Origin: Piedraia hortae CBS 480.64 | Taxonomy: Eukaryota | Length of the DNA: 64,000 nucleotides | Direction of reading: 5' to 3' | NCBI GenBank assembly: GCA_010093745.1 | Contig: MU005992.1 | Span: 1 to 64,000, forward strand | Shown: positions 35,196 through 46,775 of the stretch, piece after piece | Layout: each line of letters begins with the position of its first letter | Numbering within the stretch: the first letter of the stretch is position 1 | Made by a program: the position numbers and the translations under genes | The notes under the pieces: model-generated | Told to the model about the DNA's origin: nothing | The model's input: the letters and a program-made list of their open reading frames with translations, nothing else | The model's database searches: none

Positions 35196-35760
35196 ATGGC
35201 CCCCAAGAAGAGCACTAAGGCTTCCGATTCCATCAACGCCAAGTTGGCGCTTACCATCAAGGTGTGCATTGCGATGAGCTAGCAGTGTTGAGTGGCTTTG
35301 CTGACAGTTGCAGTCCGGCAAGGTCACTCTCGGCTACAAGTCGACTTTGAAAACGTTGCGCTCCGGCAAGGCCAAGTTGATCATCATTGCCGGCAACACG
35401 CCTCCCCTTAGGAAATCTGAACTCGAGTGTAGGTGCCCGCCTCGCAACAGAAGGACAGCGCTGATAGCAGCAGACTACAGCATGTTGGCCAAGGTTCCCG
35501 TGCACCATTTCTCCGGCAACAACGTAAGCTTTCCCCATCCCTAAACGAACGAAGCCTAGCGAAGGAGCTCTGATGGCTCTGGAGGGCATCGCCTTCTTGA
35601 GCCCTGAGAAGCAGCCGCGACGCGAGCGAGCTGTGGAGGGAATGTGCTAACCGTTCATGAACAGATTGAACTCGGCACTGCCTGCGGTAAGCTCTTCCGC
35701 TGCTCGACAATGGCCATTCTCGATGCCGGCGATTCAGATATCCTGAGCTCGAATGCGTAA
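35196..35760 (+). CDS. RPL30: 60S ribosomal protein eL30; introns 35262-35313, 35429-35473, 35524-35664
   Basis: Spliced MAPKKS...[10 protein letters not shown]...[16 protein letters not shown]...[15 protein letters not shown]. Confidence 0.95.
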
Positions 35761-36087
35761 ACAGTCAAGTAAACGATGATTCGCCGCGACCACTTCCATC
35801 CCAGTCTATGCTAGCTCGCCGTTATGTTCCTAGTCACACATAGGACAGTCCTATAGATGCACATGCATGCAGATGAACGTTTGTAGAGATATGGATGCAC
35901 TGTCCATTTGTCACCCCGTGAGGTCGTGTCCAGGTAAACGGAACGATCCGGCGCTAGCGTACCGGTTCCGCATATGATTGGCCGGCTTTGGCCACCAGTC
36001 TTGGCATTTGATTTCAAAGCCAACGCGTTTGGTACTTCAACGTCATCCTTCCCTTTAATCAAACACACTCCGTAGAGTCTTTTCGCA

Positions 36088-36890
36088 ATGGCTCGTCGTC
36101 CGGCTAGGTGTTATCGCTACTGCAAGAACAAGGTACGCACCAAAACTCCCCACGCAGGCGGTACTCGAAGCCGCAGCGTAAATGGTTGAGAAAAAGGGAG
36201 ACGCTGACCAGTGGCCCAGCCGTACCCCAAATCGCGCTTCAACCGCGGTGTGCCGGACCCCAAGATCAGAATCTTCGATCTCGGCCGCAAGCGTGCGAAT
36301 GTCGACGAGTTTCCCTGTTGCGTGCACCTCGTGTCGAACGAATATGAGCAGCTGAGCTCCGAAGCTCTCGAGGCGGCCCGTATCTGCGCCAACAAGTACC
36401 TCGTCAAGGTCGCCGGCAAGGAAGGCTTCCACATGCGTGTGCGCGCTCACCCCTACCATGTCATCCGCATCAACAAGATGTTGTCTTGCGCCGGAGCCGA
36501 TCGACTGCAGACGGGAATGCGTGGCGCCTTTGGCAAGCCCAACGGCACTGTTGCTCGCGTGAACATTGGACAGATCATCCTCTCTGTCCGCACGCGTGAC
36601 TCTCGTGAGTTGGCGTTGGAAGTATATTGATCGTTGCTGACAAGACAGACCGTGCTACCGCCATCGAGGCTCTGCGCCGCTCGCAGTACAAGTTCCCCGG
36701 TCGCCAGAAGATCATTGTGAGCAAGAACTGGGGTTTCACGCCTCTGCGTCGCGAGGAGTACATTGCCAAGCGCCAGTCTGGCCAGGTTCGCGTGGACGGT
36801 GCCTACGTCCAGTTCCTCAGCAACCACGGACCGCTGGAGCACAACATGCGCAACTTTCCGCAGGCTTTTGAACAACAGGCTGCTGCGTAG
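36088..36890 (+). CDS. RPL10: 60S ribosomal protein uL16; introns 36133-36218, 36605-36649
   Basis: [37 protein letters not shown]...[24 protein letters not shown]. Confidence 0.97.
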
Positions 36891-36986
36891 AGAAGCGAGC
36901 AGAGTACGTAGATGATGAAGTCATATGCTCGTTCGCATCCACCTAAGACGAAACATGCCCAGGTATTTTAGCATCACAAGAACTCA

Positions 36987-38657
36987 TCAGTGAACCATGC
37001 TATCCCCACATTCCCTCATAATCCTCGCCTGCTTCGCAATCTCAGCCAAATGTCCAATAACCTTCCCATTCCCCTCCGCAAACCCATAAATCGCATACGG
37101 AATCTTCGTCTCTCTACAAAAGTCCAACACCAACCCCTGCGTCTTCCGCAGATTATGTCTCGGAATCCTCGGAAAAAGGTGATGCACAGCCTGAAACTGC
37201 AAACCCCCGTGCACAAAGTCCAACCACTCCGGACAATCCACATCCATCGTCGTCCTCAACATCCTTTGCGGAAAAGACTCTTTAACTCCCAAATCAGCGG
37301 TACTCATCGCGAAATGCGATAATGTAATCTGCACATGCACCGGCATCTGCAGGAAGTGACTCAGAAGAAAGAACACAACCCTACTCCCATTCGTAGGAAT
37401 GGATTTGTACACGATAAGATAGCCGTACCAGTACCAGAAAAACACCTGCCCGATGAGTTCGAGGTAGCGGTGCCATCGCGCGGGACCCTTCCGTGGTCCC
37501 TGGCCGAGGAGGATATATTGCCAGCTTAGGGCGTAGAGGTTGAATCGCCCGAAGGTGAGAAGGGGGTAGTACATGTAATGCTGGAACTGCAGAGTGAATC
37601 TCGCCACAAGGTCGTAGGACATGATGCGGTTGTAGTATGTGCTTTTGAGGTTTTGGAAGAAGCGGTGAGAAATTGCGAAGAAGGGCATGTGTTGGATATC
37701 GGGGTCGTGTTCGACGGAGTTTGTGACGATGTGGTGCACGTTGTGGTTCCGTTTCCACCAGCAACAGCTTAACCCGCCGATGAAATCTGCGATGAGGATG
37801 CCGATGACAGTGTCGATTTGGTAGTTGTGTGTTATGCCCATGTGCCCTGCGTCGTGGACGGTGAAGACGAGTTGTTGCCACATTAGACCCAAGAGGATGC
37901 CGGAGATGGCATACCAGCCTTGGGTGAGGAGGTAGTAGGATGAGAGGGCAAGGGCGGTGTAGCGGAGGGTTTCGATTAGATAGGCAGTGTAGTTGCAGTT
38001 ATAGAGGCCTGCGGCGTGGATTTTGGCATCCAATTCGCGGTATTTGAACACAATGTCGGCTTGGGTGGCGGCATCCAGGCTGGGATACATTTGCAGGTCG
38101 TGGAGGAGTTCTTGTTCCGTGCGGTTGGAGGTAGGTTTGGCGGTGTTTTCATCTAGGTCTAGGTCTAGGTCGGATAGGGAGGAGGTTGAGTGACTTCTTT
38201 CCCGCCTTTGAGCGGGATCAAAGATGGGGGATGGCTCGGACGGGTTAGTTCCTTGAGAGGAGACTTCGTCTGTGGAAGTTTCTGGGTCACTGGGCTCGGA
38301 CTGCTGATCTCGCGTCCGGAACTTCCCTCCTTGTATTGGCGGAACAAAGTCCCGCCAGAGACCGTTTATGCGGCCGATTCGGTACTTTAGCATCATATTT
38401 TGCGCTTCGATAGAGTGGAAAGCCCGGATTTCATTTGTAGCATCTCGCCCAATCATATGCAGTATGGCCATGTCTCCTCCGGGGTGGAAGGGAAGCCATG
38501 CGTCTGTCTTGAGGACGTGTCCGTCGAATATGACGATTCTTCGGCCTTCTGCGATCAATACTTCGACATCACTGCGGGATAGGACATTGTCTCGTGTCGC
38601 CCAGGCCCTCTGCGCCGTTCCCATTTTCGTCTGGGCCGTCGCGGCCGTCGCGGCCAT
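36987..38657 (-). CDS. SLD1: Delta-8 sphingolipid desaturase (cytochrome b5 fusion)
   Basis: HPGG, HDAGH, HNVHH, QAVHHLFP boxes. Confidence 0.92.
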   Translation of the reverse strand: MAATAATAQTKMGTAQRAWATRDNVLSRSDVEVLIAEGRRIVIFDGHVLKTDAWLPFHPGGDMAILHMIGRDATNEIRAFHSIEAQNMMLKYRIGRINGLWRDFVPPIQGGKFRTRDQQSEPSDPETSTDEVSSQGTNPSEPSPIFDPAQRRERSHSTSSLSDLDLDLDENTAKPTSNRTEQELLHDLQMYPSLDAATQADIVFKYRELDAKIHAAGLYNCNYTAYLIETLRYTALALSSYYLLTQGWYAISGILLGLMWQQLVFTVHDAGHMGITHNYQIDTVIGILIADFIGGLSCCWWKRNHNVHHIVTNSVEHDPDIQHMPFFAISHRFFQNLKSTYYNRIMSYDLVARFTLQFQHYMYYPLLTFGRFNLYALSWQYILLGQGPRKGPARWHRYLELIGQVFFWYWYGYLIVYKSIPTNGSRVVFFLLSHFLQMPVHVQITLSHFAMSTADLGVKESFPQRMLRTTMDVDCPEWLDFVHGGLQFQAVHHLFPRIPRHNLRKTQGLVLDFCRETKIPYAIYGFAEGNGKVIGHLAEIAKQARIMRECGDSMVH

Positions 38658-38758
38658 GAGGTGAGGTCGCGTTTGCTGCGCCGTGATTGGTCAGCTTCCT
38701 GACTCGCGTCAGCGCAATCAACTTTTACATCCGCCCGATTGATCTCCACTCTTCCACG

Positions 38759-40204
38759 ATGGCGACTCCCAAACCGTCCAAGCAGTCGATTTTAAAACCT
38801 CCGCTGGCCTCCATGGCAACGAACAACCCGGATCAATACAACAAGAGGATGCTAGATTACGTCCATACCTTGAAATTGAAGTCTCAGGCGTCATGGATGG
38901 AGTCCGTCGACGGCAAGAACGTGCTTGAGACGCTCAATCCAGCCGTACAGAGTATTCCGTTTCTCATTGCGCTGTCAGATCAGTTGTTTGGAAAATCCAA
39001 GGTTGTGAACTGGACAGACTTTCTGCTACACAAGGCTCTGCAGCTGCTGGCCTCATTCGATCCAGTCCAGGTGCGGTATGCGAGCTCAGAGTGGATGGAA
39101 CTTCTCGTCCAAACATGCGTCGAACTGTCCAAACACGATCCCGTCGACCTGCGTCCAATCAGCGCCGCTTGGCTTCGACTGGATCCCACAGGCGGCACTC
39201 TTACAGTCTTCCACCTCTCCTTCTTGCGCATATGTCTCGAGAGCAGAGTGCCAAGCCAGGCTCTTCCGCTTTTAGACAAAGACATTTACGCAATTGCCGC
39301 CAAGCGACCGCCGCACCCCTTTGACGAGCCTGTGTGCGAGAACTTTGAACTGAGCAACAACTTCATTACTATCGGCAGTTTCTCAACTGCCTTGACGACG
39401 GCCGTGGTTTTGGAATACCATCTCCTCGGTGCATCCGTTTACATTGGAGCCCGAAACTGGAAACGAGCGCGGCTGTTCCTGGAGTATGTGCTCTTGACGC
39501 CGTCCATCAATGGCACCCCGAGCTTTCTTCAGGTGGAGGCCTACAGAAAATGGATTTTGGTTGGGTTAATAGACCAGGGAAAGCGATACAAGACCTCTCT
39601 GACACACAACCAAGCGGTATTCAGCGCTCTAGTCAATGCCTCGCTCCCCTACATAGCCCTGGCCGAAGCCTTCGAGCGGCGAGACTTTAAAAAGTTCCAC
39701 GCAGAGATGGATATTGGTAAACAAATCTGGACTGAAGACAGCAATTTTCGGTTCGTGGAGGAAGTGCACAAAGCCCTTGTCCGATGGCGTGTTATGGATC
39801 TGGAGAAGACATTTGATACGTTGCCCATTAGCGCTGTGGCAACGCATCTGGAATATACAGCAGAAGACGCGCTGCACATTGCAAGCGAAATGGTCAAACT
39901 CGGGGACATGGACATGAGCGTTACGCCGGCGGCGACGGCTGGTGAGGCAATCGTCCGCTTCCACGATGTCCCGGTATCCCCGGCCACAATGACGTGGCAG
40001 AATAGCAGACTCCAAGCACAGCAGGAACGACTACAGGTGTTGGCCGCGCAGCTTGCCGACGCAAATCATCGTCTGCAGCTTACTCAAGAATACGTCGTTT
40101 GTAAAAAAAAGAGCAAGCTCGTGCGCAAAGAAGATATCGATGGATCAACGAGAGGTGTCCCGCCTACGAATGAGGACGATGAGGAGGACATAATGGAGCT
40201 GTGA
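38759..40204 (+). CDS. CSN3: COP9 signalosome subunit 3-like PCI protein
   Basis: SFDPVQVRY, LTVFHL, LEYHLLGASVYIG...EAYRKWILVGL, PCI-like C-terminus. Confidence 0.8.
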   Translation: MATPKPSKQSILKPPLASMATNNPDQYNKRMLDYVHTLKLKSQASWMESVDGKNVLETLNPAVQSIPFLIALSDQLFGKSKVVNWTDFLLHKALQLLASFDPVQVRYASSEWMELLVQTCVELSKHDPVDLRPISAAWLRLDPTGGTLTVFHLSFLRICLESRVPSQALPLLDKDIYAIAAKRPPHPFDEPVCENFELSNNFITIGSFSTALTTAVVLEYHLLGASVYIGARNWKRARLFLEYVLLTPSINGTPSFLQVEAYRKWILVGLIDQGKRYKTSLTHNQAVFSALVNASLPYIALAEAFERRDFKKFHAEMDIGKQIWTEDSNFRFVEEVHKALVRWRVMDLEKTFDTLPISAVATHLEYTAEDALHIASEMVKLGDMDMSVTPAATAGEAIVRFHDVPVSPATMTWQNSRLQAQQERLQVLAAQLADANHRLQLTQEYVVCKKKSKLVRKEDIDGSTRGVPPTNEDDEEDIMEL

Positions 40205-40473
40205 ACGAATGTAGACTTGCGAGGCTTCCTTAATGTGTCATCGTCTGTTGTCTAGTGTGCAATATGACCATTCCAATTGTAAGCGCGGTAGAGTGGGTCG
40301 GTCTATCTAGGTATCAGCCCAAATTAGCTGCTACCTAGGTGAATTTAGGCTGCCTGACAGGTGGGTTAACTCCACACGGTCCGGTCCGGTCCCGTTGTCA
40401 TTCCGCACCTCAGGAATTCAAACTAGCGCCATCCATTGGTCAAAAATGCCCACAATTCCTGTCAACACTGACA

Positions 40474-41771
40474 ATGTCAACTCCAGCCAGCCGCAAACGA
40501 TCGCCAAGCGTTGCATCTGAAACACCTAGCGGAGATCTAATACCTCAAGATTACACCAAGGATGAACGTGAATCCAGCCAAGATGACTCAAGTCCTGAAG
40601 AAGACCAAGATGGAGGCACAAGAAGCAGCGTCGAAGTCAGTCCAGAGCACGATTGGGAGGATAACGAGGACGAAGAGGCCCCTCCAGCCAAAAAGAAGCC
40701 TCGCCTTACCCCTCAATACACCAGATTACTCGCAACAAATGTACTAACCCTCCCTGAATATCACGACCGTGGCATATCCGAGGTCAAGATATCACCTGAT
40801 GGAACCAAACTTGCGAGTTGCTGTACGCCTCACAGACTCCCCATCACGCAGGATTTCTAACCATTCCAGCTGCCGACTCCACCATAAGCATCATATCCCT
40901 CCCCTCTGGCAAACCCCTCGCCAACCTAACCGGACACTTAGCTGGTGTGAACACAATAACTTGGTCTCCCGACTCACGGATCCTCGCATCGGGATCGGAC
41001 GACAAAAGCATCCGCATCTGGGACACTGAGACTGCCAAGCCCGCTAGCTCCCCATTAATGGGCCATCACAACTACGTCTCAGCCATCTGCATCTCTCCAA
41101 AGGGTAATATCCTCGCCTCTGGCTCCTATGATGAAGCTCTCTTCATCTGGGACGTTCGCCTCGGACGCTTATTACGATCCCTCCCCGCCCACTCTGACCC
41201 CGTTACCTGTGTAGACTTTGTCCGCGATGCGACTCTTGTCGTGAGCTGCTCCTCTGACGGCCTTGTCAGGGTCTGGGACACAGTCACAGGCCAGTGTCTA
41301 CGGACTATTGTCCATGAACCTGATAATCCGGCTGTTGCGAGAGTACGATTTGCGCCAAATGGGAATTTCTTACTCTCTGTGACGCTTGACAATGCGTTGA
41401 GGCTGTGGAATTATGTCGAGGGGCGGTGTGTGAAGACTTTCCTGGGGCATACTAATACGAAGTATGGTGTTGGTGCGGGCTTTGCTACGATTACTTGCGC
41501 TGAAGATAAAGCAGATGGGGATGCTTCGTCGTTAGCTGGGTCTGAATATTCAACCCCCACAAAGTGGGCCTGCGTTGTGGCGGGGAGCGAGAATGGGAGT
41601 ATCTTTGCTTGGGATGTTAATTCCAAGAGTATTCTGATGGAGGTTGAAAGAGCACATAAGGGCCCAGTGCTGGCGTTGGATGTGAGGGACAATTTTGTCG
41701 TCACAGCCAGCTTGGATGGGGTTATCAAAATATGGACACTGGCGCCTGATCCCGAGTCCGAGGTTAGGTAG
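40474..41771 (+). CDS. SWD3: WD40 protein, WDR5/Swd3-like; intron 40823-40869
   Basis: WSPDSRILASGSDDKSIRIWD, GHHNYV, SLPAHSDPV, WDTVTGQCLRT, GRCVKTFLGHTNTKY. Confidence 0.85.
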
Positions 41772-43190
41772 GGATCTTGTTACCCTGCCAAGGCTCGAAA
41801 GGGGACTGAATTGCCATGAATGATGTGATTTTGAGGTATGTATCTTTGACGTTACGATAGAACGGACCAAAGGTGCAGGCACCTGGAGTAATTCTACCTC
41901 AGGCATGAAATTGAGGCCATTTCTGGGGTTTCCAAATGACTGACTATAGGTGTTTTTGATCCTAATTTTCCAATTCAATCTGCGGATCCGCCTTCACATG
42001 AATCTAGTAGCTGGCAACGGCCGAAATGCAATCCCCTGGACCCCTCTTTCTTTGCTACTACTGACTTGCCCATTCCCAGGTGTTGAACAGTGATAACTTT
42101 TTGTTCTGAATTCCCCCAGTGGTGAGCCAGTGGCATCTTGTTGTTCCAAGATGCATAAGTCCACAAGTCATCTGCATGCCTCCACCACCGTCCTTGGCAT
42201 CGTCTGCCTCAGCAGCTCTCGGCAGCTCTCGGCAGCTCTCCGTGCCTCCTCATGCGTCGTCCAACATCAACCTGCCTGGGCCAACCCCTCTCTTTAAAAA
42301 CAGATACGCCAAAGCCAGAAGAAAGGAAAGCGGAATGCTCATAATAAGATTACTACTAGATAATATCGCAGGCATTTGTTCAAACTACAAGACAAGTGTG
42401 TGCAGAAGATGGCCGATTTTTCAGTTTACCCGGGGAAGAAATTCCCGACCCCCGCTAGGGGGTGGGCGACAGTGATTTGATACATGGCACTTGTATGATT
42501 CAGCGCTCATACCCAGCCAACATACCCGGTACGCCAGCATACGATGTGAAGGGCTTGTCCGCGCTAATCAGACATCCCTCGTCACGCTCATTTTATGCTG
42601 GCTGATGGACGCGTTGGCTGGATATTGGTGCTGCATCACAACACTGCCTGTATCATATCACTGTCACCAACCCCCTAGTTGGGGGGTAGGAGTTCCTCTT
42701 CCTACAGATAGGTGTTGTTTGGTCTCTCCGTCCTCCGTCCTCCAACCTTCGACGTCCTGACTCACTGGTTCGCGTACAACCACGCTTGCATTCCTTACCA
42801 GCCCGCTCGCACTTCGGCAAGTTGTCAACTTCGGTCATTCACTCTACATTGCTACTCAGCAGTCGACCTGCTCTCAAAGCAGAGTAATAAAACACAACAG
42901 GTGGTGGTGCTAGGAAGAGGGCAAAGAATTGTGAGATCACGAGATCTGCACGTGCATCCTCTCTATTCACACAGCCACTTAACGGGCCCTGTTACCTGCA
43001 CTGACCCCAAAAAAGTCGAGGATTAGCCAGGGCAATCACAAGCCTTGGCACGCACGTCGAAATCACATGATAGCTCAGTAACTCATCTTGTGAATCGACT
43101 CCACCTCGAAGACAACACCAGAACATAATTGCTTCTCGAGAGCTTTTGCGCAAACCTCGATCGGTCAACATAATCGCCGCTGCATTCATA

Positions 43191-45152
43191 ATGTCGGTCT
43201 ACAAAGAGAATGGATTTACGGTACAAAATATCCTTGGGGCATTGCATACGCATGCGAAGAGAAAATGTGAAGACGGTGCGGTAGACCAGCATGATATGCA
43301 TTGCGCTAAAAAGAGGAGGGATTCGCATGATTGCTCTTCGCCGTCGCTTGAGGAGTGCGATACAGAGACTTCAACGACCTCGTCTAGCAATTGTGAAAGC
43401 AAGGAATCAAAGCAATCGCCAGGCTGCAATGGCGAAGACGCCCAGCCGCACAAGGTTGCAAAAAAACATAGTCGTGCCTTAGAAGCTCTCTTTTCAATAG
43501 CAGGTAATCGTGATTCAGGGGCCGCTACAGTACTTGTCAACACGAAACGGGAGTACGTCATCATTAAGCCGTCAGATATCCAACAGAACCCGTATGATAA
43601 GATTACGGGACCCCACAGGGCATCCTCAAGGTCACATATTCCCAGCCGCAGCACCGCACCCCACTCAACATACGATCTCCTTGAATGCTCCACCACGCTA
43701 GCCCCAGTCCTCTTACGCTACAAATTTCTGTTCGAAGAACAACTCCCCCTTCTCAGCCCCAAGAACACCACCGCCCTCGCCACCCTCGAGTGCATATGGA
43801 GATACCACGACACTTTCAACATCCAAGACGACACCATCGCCACCACCATTCGAGCTCTCGAAGTTGCCCAATCAGCACTCGGCCTCCAACACAAAAGCAC
43901 CCTCAGTATCCTCAACTATCTTACCAACCACTTCACCAACACGGACCCCAGCCCGCCCAGAGCAGAACATTACCTCCGCCTCACTCTGCAGGGATACTCC
44001 CAAACCGCCAACCACAAAGCCACAGCAGAGACCTACCACGCCCTGAGCAAAATCTACCTTAACCGCAATGACGACGTGAGTGCAGAGTGCACACTCCTAA
44101 GGATAATCTCCACCCTCCTCCCAATCGAAGACTGGCGTCATCCCATGATCCTCTGGACCATGTACCACTATGGTTGGATCTGTTTACGATCTGGCTGTTG
44201 CCACTGCGCAAAGGAGTGGTTTATGAAAGCCTGGGAGGGGTATTCTCAGACCCACGGCCCACAGGGCCATGTTACCATTTGGATCAAGTATGAGGTTGCG
44301 ATGGTGCAGGCTATGTTGGGGGAAAATCAACTCGCTGAGGTTTGGGCGCGTGAGGCTTACGAGGGGTTTATGAGTATATGTGGTGAGAGAAGTGATTCGG
44401 CTTGCGAGGCCGCGAGGATGTTAGCCAGGATTTACAGGGCATCAGGGAAGGAAGAACGCGCGGTGGGGATAGAGGAGTGGTTGAGGGCGCAGGATGAATG
44501 GGATTCGGAAGAGGATGAGGACGATGGTAACGACACTGGCCGGAGTCCTGACTTTGAGGCGCCAGAGGGATGGGATAAGTCTGAGGCGGTGGAGACGAGG
44601 TGGTTGCCCGAGGAGGTGGTGGAAAAATCTACGTCTAAGGCGGCGAATAATGAGGACTTACCTTCTCCTGAAGCGGGGGGAACAGAGTGTGGGAAGCCTG
44701 TGCCGGAGGCGGAGGTGCAGGACAATAGAAAGCCAACGTCTAAGGTGATGGAAAGTGTACGGCATTCACGTGTGGCACAGGTGGTGAAAGAGACAATGTC
44801 TAAGCGTTTTGCAGCGGCCAAGGAGCAGCATGCGCGCGAGTCCGTGGTGACGAATATGGAACTGCCTATGCCTGACACGACGGCGCCTGGAACGAAACAG
44901 AATACACCTCAGGCAACGGTGCCAGAAAAGAGGGTTTCGACCCCCGAGACGCCGGAGAAAGTTAGCGAACACACTACGCCCGAGAAGATTACGAAACACA
45001 ATACGCCTGAGGCGACGCTGAGAAGCCTTCCTACGCCCCAGTCAACAATGAGAGGTCAACCAGCACCCCCAGCATCGATGTATAATCAACCTACCCCCGA
45101 CGCAACTGAACCGGAGCCGACACCGGAACCAGATAAGGCGGATAACCTATAG
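43191..45152 (+). CDS. Stand-alone TPR-repeat protein, paralog 4, with long disordered termini
   Basis: ALGLQHKSTL, YLRLTLQGY, KAWEGYSQTHGP, EAYEGFMSICG repeats; TPE repeats in C-terminus. Confidence 0.8.
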   Translation: MSVYKENGFTVQNILGALHTHAKRKCEDGAVDQHDMHCAKKRRDSHDCSSPSLEECDTETSTTSSSNCESKESKQSPGCNGEDAQPHKVAKKHSRALEALFSIAGNRDSGAATVLVNTKREYVIIKPSDIQQNPYDKITGPHRASSRSHIPSRSTAPHSTYDLLECSTTLAPVLLRYKFLFEEQLPLLSPKNTTALATLECIWRYHDTFNIQDDTIATTIRALEVAQSALGLQHKSTLSILNYLTNHFTNTDPSPPRAEHYLRLTLQGYSQTANHKATAETYHALSKIYLNRNDDVSAECTLLRIISTLLPIEDWRHPMILWTMYHYGWICLRSGCCHCAKEWFMKAWEGYSQTHGPQGHVTIWIKYEVAMVQAMLGENQLAEVWAREAYEGFMSICGERSDSACEAARMLARIYRASGKEERAVGIEEWLRAQDEWDSEEDEDDGNDTGRSPDFEAPEGWDKSEAVETRWLPEEVVEKSTSKAANNEDLPSPEAGGTECGKPVPEAEVQDNRKPTSKVMESVRHSRVAQVVKETMSKRFAAAKEQHARESVVTNMELPMPDTTAPGTKQNTPQATVPEKRVSTPETPEKVSEHTTPEKITKHNTPEATLRSLPTPQSTMRGQPAPPASMYNQPTPDATEPEPTPEPDKADNL

Positions 45153-46160
45153 TCCCCTACCTTACGATTGTGCTTTCAGCCTAGTTACTATGAGAACTAA
45201 TCGATGGAAGAGGAAGGAAAAAATCGGATTAATAACAACATATAATATTGATCCATCCTTTGCATGGAAAAAAAAGTTTGAAGGCATGTTTTATATACTA
45301 AACTCTCTTCTCACATGTACCATAGGACCATTCTCTCACATGTCCCCTCTGAGGAATACAGATAATCGCCTAGGGTTCCTAGATCCTCCACCCCCTGGAA
45401 GCTTTCCTGAGATGAGCCACGCCCATATTCAGGTTGTGGTATGGACGTGCCGTCTCCGTAAGCATGGATATACCTCTCGAATCAAGAGGTATCTCGCGAG
45501 TCTTTCACCGACGTGGGGCTCTCCCCAGACTATTATACCCACACGTGGTTGTCACATCAACTATCTCCCCGCAATCAACATCGGAGACATGACTCGTTTC
45601 CCGAAGAAATTAAACTTGAAGCTAAGCCCCGCGACGAGATTTTGCTTAAAATGTGCCCAGCTTCCGTGCATTTCAGCAATTGGGATATGCGGAGACGCTT
45701 GCCTCACTCCTTGAGAGCAAGGGCAGAGATTTTGGTAACTAGAAGAACCAGAGGGTATGATGTGGTTTGGTCTGACAATGTGTCTTCGCATGGCGGATGC
45801 GAGAGGTGGACCGCTTGTCGGATGTGTTTTTGCACGAAGATGAGCAAGATTTGCAGAAACGCGATGTCTTGTCATCAGACAAAGTGAACATCAAATACGC
45901 CATGCTAGTGAGCGGTACTTGGGGGTATGCTGCCTCGATTGATGCTGTTGCAATAGTACTGCTGATGGTGCTACTGGTGGAAAGGTAGTGGGTAGGTGGA
46001 GCGAGCTCGAGAGTAGATCATCATTTCGGGAGCACGCCCGGGATTGTGCGACGCTTGATATTTCCATTGGCCAGAGTTTGAACCAGGCCCTGTTCTCAAT
46101 ACGTTCGTACGTCGCTTGCTGGGCTGAATAGATGCCATGATTAAAAGAAATCATTCTTAA

Positions 46161-46464
46161 TGTCGGAGGGGTTAACCTCCGAGGACTAAAGCGGAACGTA
46201 TAGCAACGACAAATGTGTGCACTCAACTCTGACCAAACGGTGAATGTAGATGTCTATTTCTATGTGATGTGAGGTTCGAAACCTTCTCCACACTACCTCA
46301 GTCTAACCACATTCGCCAGGAAAATGACAGTGAACTATGCCCTTAAGCATGAACGAGACAGTGACCCATCTCAGGGAAAACTTCCTCTATAGAGGTAAAA
46401 ACCCTGAAAAGTTTCGACTTCTAACTAAGGTTCTGGTCATGGTGGGTGCCATATCCTTCTGTCA
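46161..46464 (-). mobile_element. Solo LTR, family G (304 bp)
   Basis: TG...CA ends, TSD CTTAA/CTTAG; inverted copy of 24840-25145. Confidence 0.88.
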
Positions 46465-46775
46465 CTTAGGTATAGGGAAAGCTGAAGTGCCCATGTAAAC
46501 ATCCGGAGTGCGAAGTATCGAAAAGGCTCTCAATTTGGCGGCAATTTTGTGCGTTCAAATTTGACACAGGGACCGAGGTTGCGCCGTAGACTCAGGCATC
46601 AATATTAACCTAATAATCCGAAAGTTAACGGGGAACCCGACCAAAACCGTGCCCTGTGGTCTAATTATTAGGATATGGTTTCGGCAGTAACCTATCATCA
46701 AACTTTTCTGGTGCATAAGCACCCTGCTGCATTTCAGCAGACAAGGTTACGAAGTTTGTTACTCAAAACATGAAG

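Noticed and set aside
42713..42899. Another solo LTR (TGTTGT...ACAACA with AATAAA)
   Set aside because: Single copy and flanks ATAGG/GGTGG do not form a TSD
45340..46000. Possible third F-box relic (LGFLDPPP...CRLR)
   Set aside because: Similarity too weak to call by eye
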